DNA of 64,000 bases, from positions 1,263 through 65,262 of the forward strand of contig DATLOL010000080.1 in the NCBI GenBank assembly GCA_035536275.1, given 5' to 3'. The notes under the pieces are model-generated. The model made no database searches. It had not been told where the DNA came from and was given only the letters and a program-made list of their open reading frames with translations. The translations under genes were made by a program, and so were the position numbers. Each line of letters opens with the position of its first letter. Positions within the stretch are counted from its first letter, which is position 1. Source of the stretch: Thermoanaerobaculia bacterium (GTDB taxonomy: Bacteria; Acidobacteriota; Thermoanaerobaculia; Gp7-AA8). This document shows, in pieces, positions 57,579 to 64,000 of this stretch.

Positions 57579-59657
57579 CTACATCGCCGTAACGCGGCGC
57601 AGCTCGCGCACGAGCTGGTCGCGCGCCGATGTCCCCTTTTGGACAACGGAGGACACTTTCGGGTGGAGCAGCGCGCGGTCGGCGCTGGAGATCTCCTTCG
57701 AGGTCAGGACCAGGATGGGGATGTTCGCGGTCAGGGGGTTGGCTTTCAGGGAGCCGGCCACTTCGAAGCCGCTCATGCCCGGCATCATCAGGTCGAGGAT
57801 GATCACGTCCGGCGCGCGCTCGTGTGCGGCGCGCAGTCCGGCTTCGCCGGACTCGGCGTTCTCGATGGCGTAGCCGAGGGGCGTGAGCTCTTCGCCGAGG
57901 AGCGTGTGGACGCTGGCGTCGTCGTCGATGACGAGAAGCCGCTTCGCGCCGTTCCGCGACGTCATCTCGCGCAGTCGCTGGAGCAGCCGCGCGCGATCGA
58001 CGGGCTTGACGAAGTAGTCGTCGGCGCCGAGGGCCATGCCGAGGTCGCGGTTGTCCATCATGGAGATGATCACCACGGGCAGCGTGCGCGTGCTGTCGTC
58101 GCTCTTCAGGCGTCGCAGCACTTCCCAGCCATCCATGCCGGGCAGCACGACGTCGAGCGTGACTGCGGCGGGACGGGTGTCTCTCGCCAGGCGGATCGCC
58201 TCTTCGCCGTGACGCGCACGGATCGGCAGAAAGCCGGCGGAGCCGAGTGCGGAGGCGATCAGCTCGTAGGCGTTCGTATCGTCTTCGACGACGAGCACGC
58301 GCGGCGCGCGCGAGGCGGTTTCCGGAGTCCGCGTCACTACCGCCGCGCGCGAGCGCACCGGCAGCGTGAATGAGAACGTGCTGCCCGCGCCGAGGGAGCT
58401 TTCGACGATCACCACGCCGCCCTGCAGCTCGACGAACTTCTTCACCAGCGCCAGTCCCAGCCCGGTCCCGCCGAACTCACGCCGCACCGAGCCGTCGACC
58501 TGGCGGAACTCCTCGAAGATCATCTCGTGATGCTCTGAGGCGATCCCGATGCCTTCGTCGCGCACGGAGACGTGCAGCGTGCCTTCGTCGACGAATGCGC
58601 GGAGGACGATCGGGCGATCGGGCGGCGAGAACTTCACCGCATTCGACACGAGGTTGAAGAGGACTTGTTTGAACTTGGCGAGGTCGGTCTCGATCTGCGG
58701 GAGATCGGGCGCAACGTCGACGACGATCTTCTGCTGGGCCCGGGTCATGCCGCGCATGACCTGGCACACGCTCTCCACCACCGGCGCGACGGAGAAGTAC
58801 TCGGGGAAGATCTCCATCTTCCCGGCCTCGACCTTCGACAGATCGAGCACGTCGTTGATGATGCCGAGGAGGTGCGTGCCCGAGGTGTGGATGTGGCGGA
58901 GGAAGCCGAGGTGCTTCGGCTCGACCTTGCCATCGAGACGCTCGACGAGGATCTCCGAGAAACCGATGATGGAGTTCATCGGCGTGCGCAGCTCGTGGCT
59001 CATGTTCGCGAGGAACTGCGACTTGAGATTGTTCGCCTCCTGAATGCGGCGGTTCGCATCCGCGAGCTGCTTGGTGACACGCGTGAGCTCCTGGAGCTCG
59101 GCGCGCTCCTGCGCCTCGAGCTGTTTGATGCGCTGCCGCTTCTCCTGCAGGTCGGCGACGCCGATCAGGAAAAAGTACGACGCGCCGAAGAGGAACAGCA
59201 TGCGCGTGATGGCCAGCAGCATCACGTCGTTGAACGGCGTGGCCTGTCCCATCAGCATCAGCACGCCGATGTAGCAGACAGCGCTCGCGGCGCTGACGAC
59301 GTACGCCGCGTGGCGTCCGATCGCAAATGCGGCCGCCGTCGCGCAGGCCAGATACCAAATGTACCAGGGCCCGTTTCCGCCGCCGCTGGCATACACGCCG
59401 ACCGTGGCCAGGGCGATGTCGACGGCCATCCAGACCGGATTCAGATACCGGCGGTCGAAGCCGCGCCGGTAGAGGAAGTAGAGCGTGGTGGCGCTGGCGA
59501 CGGAGCAGACGTAGATGGCGATCGCGGCGCCGATGTTGAGCGGGAAGACACCCAGGAGCATCCCCGCCGTGGCGGTGAGGAAGCCGAGCGTGTAGACGAA
59601 GATGTGGTTGCGCTGAATGGCGAGGTCGAAGCGGATGACGCTCGTCAACGCACTCAT
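57579..59657 (-). CDS. hybrid sensor histidine kinase / response regulator (membrane sensor, HisKA, HATPase_c, two REC domains)
   Basis: Five to six N-terminal TM helices; H-box FLANMSHELRTPMN; N, G1, G2 boxes (GTGLGLAL); two receiver domains with phospho-Asp contexts (LDVVLPGMDG, ILDLMMPGMSG). Start at MSALTSV (M11), which gives a 4-nt overlap with the upstream gene. Confidence 0.85.
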   Translation of the reverse strand: MSALTSVIRFDLAIQRNHIFVYTLGFLTATAGMLLGVFPLNIGAAIAIYVCSVASATTLYFLYRRGFDRRYLNPVWMAVDIALATVGVYASGGGNGPWYIWYLACATAAAFAIGRHAAYVVSAASAVCYIGVLMLMGQATPFNDVMLLAITRMLFLFGASYFFLIGVADLQEKRQRIKQLEAQERAELQELTRVTKQLADANRRIQEANNLKSQFLANMSHELRTPMNSIIGFSEILVERLDGKVEPKHLGFLRHIHTSGTHLLGIINDVLDLSKVEAGKMEIFPEYFSVAPVVESVCQVMRGMTRAQQKIVVDVAPDLPQIETDLAKFKQVLFNLVSNAVKFSPPDRPIVLRAFVDEGTLHVSVRDEGIGIASEHHEMIFEEFRQVDGSVRREFGGTGLGLALVKKFVELQGGVVIVESSLGAGSTFSFTLPVRSRAAVVTRTPETASRAPRVLVVEDDTNAYELIASALGSAGFLPIRARHGEEAIRLARDTRPAAVTLDVVLPGMDGWEVLRRLKSDDSTRTLPVVIISMMDNRDLGMALGADDYFVKPVDRARLLQRLREMTSRNGAKRLLVIDDDASVHTLLGEELTPLGYAIENAESGEAGLRAAHERAPDVIILDLMMPGMSGFEVAGSLKANPLTANIPILVLTSKEISSADRALLHPKVSSVVQKGTSARDQLVRELRRVTAM

Positions 59658-60913
59658 TCGATCGTCACCCCCACGAAGGCGAGACACATCTCATCGGTCG
59701 TGGCTTCGCCCCAGGATACGGGCTTCGGCGGGCTGTTCGGGTTGCGGATGTTGCTCGAGGAGTTGTCGTACCACGCGCGCAGTCCCAGCCTCGTGCCGGC
59801 CGGGACGTCGATCGGATTCTCGTACCGGTACGAGCCCTGCCAGTTGAAGTCCCAGTCGTCGATGCGGATCAGGCACTGCTCGGTGCTGTTGGGCGGCGTG
59901 TAGAACACCTCCATCTTTTTGCCGAGAAGGTGCATGTGCGGCGCGACCAGCCAGATCTTCACCGCGAACCAGAGAGGGAAGGGGAAGTCCCCGTTGACGA
60001 GATAGTTCGAATTGTTGGGCGGAATGGTGAAGCTCTGGTTGACGATGGGGAGGAATCGCAGTTCTTTCGGCGACGGCGCGTCGGAGAAGTAGAGGCCGTA
60101 CGCCGTGCGGTCGGGCATCGGCGTCAGGGTGTGCGGGTGATAGTGCACCTGCATGACCACGCGCGATCCGGCCGGAAGACGGAACGCGACATTCTCCGGA
60201 AGCTCCAACGCGCGCTGACCGGGAGCCCATCCGCCGAGGCTGCCCGTGGTCGTGAAACCGGGACCTCCAAAGCAGGTGTAGCCGGGGCCGGGCTCGGCCT
60301 CGTCCAGTCGCTGCGACTCGCCGGTCGTGTCGATGAAGGTCAGGACGTGATGCACGGTGCTGCGGTCGCCGGGATGCGTGTCGACGGCGCGCACCCACTT
60401 CTCGGAGGTGGTGTTCGTGGGCACGGTGAAGCAGCGGTAGGTGTCTTTGCCCAGCTCGGGCGTGAAGCTCTCGTCGTTCGCGAGGACGAGGTCGGGCGTG
60501 CCGAGCTCCCAGGCGTTGCTGAAGGTGACCGGCGCGGGGAGGTCGGCGCGATTGCCTTCCGGTGCGCCGGCGTCGGCCCACTTCGCGATCGTCGCGATCT
60601 CCTCAGTGGTCAGGCGGCGCTCATCGCGAAAATCGCCACAACCGTCGGCCGCTTTCCACGGCGGCATGTGGCGGATCTGGGTCATGACCTTGATCATCGA
60701 CGCCCGCGGCTTGGCGTCGCTGTAGCTCACCAGAGGGAACGGTGCGATGTCGCCGGCGTGATGGCAGGTCTGGCAGTGCTGCTGGAAGATGCGCACGATC
60801 TCCCTGCTGAAAGTCGGTGTACCGGCGCCTGGCGCGGGATGGCGCACCACTCGCTGCTTTGCGAAGAGAGGAAGGGCAACCGCGAGCGCGAGGAAGAGGA
60901 CCCGGAAACGCAT
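59654..60913 (-). CDS. secreted c-type cytochrome domain fused to a copper type II ascorbate-dependent monooxygenase-like (PHM/DBH-like) domain
   Basis: Signal peptide; CQTCHH haem-binding site; His clusters HHVLTF, HYHPH, HMHLLGK plus Met, spaced like the CuH and CuM sites of PHM/DBH. Confidence 0.5.
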   Translation of the reverse strand: MRFRVLFLALAVALPLFAKQRVVRHPAPGAGTPTFSREIVRIFQQHCQTCHHAGDIAPFPLVSYSDAKPRASMIKVMTQIRHMPPWKAADGCGDFRDERRLTTEEIATIAKWADAGAPEGNRADLPAPVTFSNAWELGTPDLVLANDESFTPELGKDTYRCFTVPTNTTSEKWVRAVDTHPGDRSTVHHVLTFIDTTGESQRLDEAEPGPGYTCFGGPGFTTTGSLGGWAPGQRALELPENVAFRLPAGSRVVMQVHYHPHTLTPMPDRTAYGLYFSDAPSPKELRFLPIVNQSFTIPPNNSNYLVNGDFPFPLWFAVKIWLVAPHMHLLGKKMEVFYTPPNSTEQCLIRIDDWDFNWQGSYRYENPIDVPAGTRLGLRAWYDNSSSNIRNPNSPPKPVSWGEATTDEMCLAFVGVTIE

Positions 60914-61013
60914 GGTTCGTGCAACTATGAGCCTCCACGCGGTTCTCGTCCACCCCGAGATTCACTGGAACACGGGTGTGGCTCTGTATGAAGTGTTACG
61001 ACAACGGGCGGTA

Positions 61014-61110
61014 GTGTCATCCTGAGCCGCCGAGCGCAGCGGAGGACGGTCGAAGGATCCCCCTCCTGGTAACGAAGCACGGGATCCCTCGACTTCGCTC
61101 GGGATGACAC
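61014..61110. repeat. family-B nested palindromic repeat (97 bp)
   Basis: GTGTCATCCTGAGCCGCCGAGCGCAGCGGAGGACGGTCGAAGGATCCCCC..CACGGGATCCC TCGACTTCGCTCGGGATGACAC; ends 3 nt before the amidohydrolase stop codon. Confidence 0.85.
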
Positions 61111-61113
61111 GCA

Positions 61114-62631
61114 CTACGGCTGTTCCCACACCACCTTCCCGTCGATGATCGTCAGGACGCTCTGCGTCGCCGGCAGCGCCGCCGCCGGCACCTCGAAGAT
61201 GTTCTGCGACAGCACGGCGATGTCGGCCAGCATGCCTGGCGCGATCTTTCCCTTGCTGGTCTCGGCGAACTCGGCGAACGCCGATCCGCTCGTGTACGCC
61301 CGCAGCGCCTGCTGCCGCGACAGCGCCTCGGCCGGCTGATCGCGACGCTCCACCGCCCACATCATGTTCAGGAACGGATTCATCGGGCCGTCCGAGCCGA
61401 TGGCGATGGGGATGTCGTTTTTCACGAGCGTCGCGGCGAGCTGATACTGGCCGTTCGCGGGGAAGAACGGACGGGCCATGAAGTGCGACGGGTTCAGCAC
61501 CGCGATGGCGCCCACCGCCCTGGTCTGGCGGAAGAGGTCGCGCTGGAGGCCGTCGGCGTGCTCGAGGCGTGGGCGTTCCAGACTGCGGGCGCTCAACGCG
61601 TTCACCGCCGTGGCGATGGTCTTGTCGCCGACCGCGTGGAGGAGCACCTGCTGCTTGTTTCTCTCGGCGGCCTGGAGGAACGGCGTGATGTCGGTGAAGT
61701 TCTCGCGGCCGGCCGTGTTGTCGGGATAGCGGCCCTCGCGTAGCGCGGCGTTGCGCTCGAGCGGCGTGCCGTCGAGGATCCACTTCACCGGCCCCTTGGA
61801 CGGCATCGTGGCGGCGTCGAACGGGATGTTGATCAGGCGCACGCGCAGCGGCACTCCCGCCTTTGCGAGCGTCGTCGCGAACCGCGACTCGGTCATCATC
61901 GGCATGACCTGGACGCTGGTGATGCCGTAGCGAACCGCCTCGCCGGAGAGGCTCTGAATCGCGCCGTGCAGCTCTTCGTCGGTGGCCAGATCGGCGAAGC
62001 GGCGCTCGAGCGGCCATTGTGCGTATTCGTTCGCGCGTCCGGTCAGCTTCCCGCTCGCGTCGCGGTCGAACCAACCGCCGGCGGGATCCTTGGCGTCCTC
62101 CGCGACTCCGAGCGCTTTCATCGCGGCGCTGCTCATCACCAGACCGTGGCCGGTGAACGCGCGCAGGAGGACCTTGCGTCCCGGCGCCACCTTGTCGAGC
62201 TTCTCGCGGGTGAGGGTCTTGTCCGCGATGAGCGTCGGCCCGAGCTCACCGGTGATCCAGAGGTCCGCGTGCGTTTCATCAGCCGCGGATGCGAGGGCGG
62301 CGGCGACGTTGTCCCACGACGGGTCGGAGTCGGTGCCGAGGCCGAACGCAGTCATGCCGCTCGATGGATGCACGTGCGCGTCATTGATGCCCGGAATGAC
62401 CATCCGCCCCTGCACGTCGATCACACGCGTCTTGCTCGCGTCGGTGACCAGGGCCTTGATCTGTTCGTTGGTGCCGACGGCGGTGATCTGCGATCCGGTG
62501 ATGGCGATGGCCTGGGCCGATGGCTTGGAGGGGTCGTTGGTGAAGACGTTTCCGTTGACGAGAACCAGTGACGGCTGCGCGAAAACGACGACAGACACGA
62601 GGGACAACACGGCCGCGAGCAGAGTCCGCAT
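61114..62631 (-). CDS. secreted amidohydrolase-family metallo-hydrolase (Amidohydro_3-like)
   Basis: Signal peptide MRTLLAAVLSLVSVVVFA; GINDAHVH metal-binding HxH near the N-terminus; HAVGD; C-terminal GSDGPM and ...GMLADIAVL motifs. Confidence 0.7.
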   Translation of the reverse strand: MRTLLAAVLSLVSVVVFAQPSLVLVNGNVFTNDPSKPSAQAIAITGSQITAVGTNEQIKALVTDASKTRVIDVQGRMVIPGINDAHVHPSSGMTAFGLGTDSDPSWDNVAAALASAADETHADLWITGELGPTLIADKTLTREKLDKVAPGRKVLLRAFTGHGLVMSSAAMKALGVAEDAKDPAGGWFDRDASGKLTGRANEYAQWPLERRFADLATDEELHGAIQSLSGEAVRYGITSVQVMPMMTESRFATTLAKAGVPLRVRLINIPFDAATMPSKGPVKWILDGTPLERNAALREGRYPDNTAGRENFTDITPFLQAAERNKQQVLLHAVGDKTIATAVNALSARSLERPRLEHADGLQRDLFRQTRAVGAIAVLNPSHFMARPFFPANGQYQLAATLVKNDIPIAIGSDGPMNPFLNMMWAVERRDQPAEALSRQQALRAYTSGSAFAEFAETSKGKIAPGMLADIAVLSQNIFEVPAAALPATQSVLTIIDGKVVWEQP

Positions 62632-62661
62632 GCGAATCTCCCTTCAGTTGTGCAGCGGAGT

Positions 62662-64000
62662 CTACTCGCTCTTGAGGGCACCGGCGATGGCGATGCGCCG
62701 CGCCAATCGCGCCGGCGCGAGACCGGCCAGCGCCGACGCGAGCAGCGTCACCGCGAGGGACGCCGCGATGAGCGCGGCGGGCGTGTAGAAGTCGATGGTC
62801 CAGCCGAAGGACTGCTTGTTGATCACGTAAATGAGGATCCACGAGAGCGCGTAGCCCATGACCAGTCCGGACGCGGTGGAGGCGACGCCGAGTAGGGTGG
62901 ACTCGAGGACGATCATCAGGCGCAGCTCGCCGGCGGAGAGTCCGCTCACGCGCAGCAGCGCGAGCTCGCGCGAGCGCTCCAGGATCAGCGCGGAGAGCGT
63001 GTTGACGATGCCCAGCACGGCGACGACGATGGCCACGCCGAGGAGCGCGTACGTGATCATGAAGGTCTGATCGAAGATCCGCATCACCTCGGACTTCACC
63101 TCGCCGTTGGTGACGACGAATGCGTTGAACTTCGCCAGCCGTGACTCCAGCACGCGCCGCGCGGTGTCCATCGTCACGCCCGGCTTCAGATACACGACCA
63201 CGGTGTTGATGCGGTCGTCCCTGAACGTGCGCACGTAGAGCGGGCGATGCATGACCACGACGCCGCGGTCGTTCGAGTAGTCGCGGTAGATGCCGGTGAT
63301 GGGAAAGTTCGTGCCCGCGAACGCGAACGTGTCGCCGACGCGCGTCTTGAAGCGCAACGCGAACGGCTCGGAGACGAGCACTCCGTTCAAGCGAATGGCG
63401 TCGAGCAGCGCCTCGCGCTCGGAGCGCGGCGCGACCATCGGCAGGTTGCCGCGTGTCGCGGCGACGTCGAGGTCGCCGCTGCCGATGGTGATGATGGTGT
63501 CGCCGTAGTCGACGTCACGGCCGCGGGCGCGATCGATCGCCTCGACGATGTCGATCCCGCGGACGGCGTCGGTGATCTCGTTCGGGAAGAGCGCGATCTG
63601 CGCGTTGCTCAACCCTTTCGACGGCCGGATCCAGAGATCGGAGCTGACGGTCTGGTTCACCCAGATGCGCACGGTCTCGCGGAAGCTGCCGACCATCAGC
63701 GCGACGGCGACCATCATCCCGGTCGCAACGGCGAGGGCCGCGCTGGCGATGGAGGTGCGGCGCAGCGATCCGGACAGCGACGCCGCGGCGAGCTTGCCGA
63801 CGATGCCGAACGCGCGCTCGAGAACTGGCGCGAACAGCATCGACGTGCCGCGCACGATCGCCGGCGCCAGAAACGAGAATCCGGCCACGACCAGCGTCAC
63901 AGCCGCGTAGCCGGCGACGGCGATGCCGTCGATCGCGGGGAGTCGCGAGATCAGCGCCGCGGCGATGAAGCTGAGGATCGCGAGCACGGCCAGGCGCCGC
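62662..64000 (-). CDS. ABC transporter permease, FtsX/MacB-like, 5'-partial (gene probably continues past the window end)
   Basis: FtsX C-terminal 4-TM module with the conserved ..SRELALLRVSGLSAGELRLMIVLES.. segment; track ORF starts at 63987 but FtsX-like permeases are usually longer and the frame is open to the window end. Confidence 0.65.
   Translation of the reverse strand, partial: RRLAVLAILSFIAAALISRLPAIDGIAVAGYAAVTLVVAGFSFLAPAIVRGTSMLFAPVLERAFGIVGKLAAASLSGSLRRTSIASAALAVATGMMVAVALMVGSFRETVRIWVNQTVSSDLWIRPSKGLSNAQIALFPNEITDAVRGIDIVEAIDRARGRDVDYGDTIITIGSGDLDVAATRGNLPMVAPRSEREALLDAIRLNGVLVSEPFALRFKTRVGDTFAFAGTNFPITGIYRDYSNDRGVVVMHRPLYVRTFRDDRINTVVVYLKPGVTMDTARRVLESRLAKFNAFVVTNGEVKSEVMRIFDQTFMITYALLGVAIVVAVLGIVNTLSALILERSRELALLRVSGLSAGELRLMIVLESTLLGVASTASGLVMGYALSWILIYVINKQSFGWTIDFYTPAALIAASLAVTLLASALAGLAPARLARRIAIAGALKSE

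Noticed and set aside
60962-62074. 370-aa minus-strand Arg-rich ORF
   Set aside because: Out of frame within the amidohydrolase gene and read through the family-B repeat; composition RRRR/GRRR typical of GC-rich noise.

Overview
High-GC (about 68-70% GC) bacterial chromosomal segment, gene-dense and mostly housekeeping. Signal peptides, lipoproteins, TPR proteins and ECF sigma/anti-sigma pairs indicate a diderm soil-type bacterium; the phylum cannot be fixed from sequence alone. I call about 55 protein genes. Core sets: the minus-strand ffh-rpsP-KH-rimM-trmD-rplS-rnhB cluster; metH; prfC; truA-thiL; speA plus arcA-arcC (arginine catabolism); and a tal/pgi fusion with gnd (pentose-phosphate operon). 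There are two YihY paralogs, a hybrid sensor kinase, a class A beta-lactamase and many secreted or TPR proteins. No rRNA, tRNA or CRISPR was seen. Non-housekeeping highlights: (1) a peroxiredoxin ORF interrupted by an in-frame TGA exactly at the peroxidatic-cysteine position, a candidate selenocysteine PrxU-like selenoprotein, next to a GrdB/PrdB-family Cys homolog; (2) two related families of nested-palindrome miniature repeats (core ATCCCGNGCGAAGNCGNGGGAT) sitting just 3' of stop codons, one copy translated in-frame inside the MetH interdomain linker and another supplying the last 15 codons and stop of MetH; (3) tandem 9-bp palindromic CCTATAGGT arrays upstream of both yihY paralogs; (4) a 500-bp degenerate tandem-repeat non-coding block between convergent genes; (5) a RAYT/IS200-like transposase with an apparent +1 frameshift, flanked by 48-bp inverted hairpin repeats. 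CDS coordinates come from the ORF track with starts adjusted by homology. Non-CDS coordinates were anchored to neighbouring stop and start codons and should be good to about +/-2 nt.
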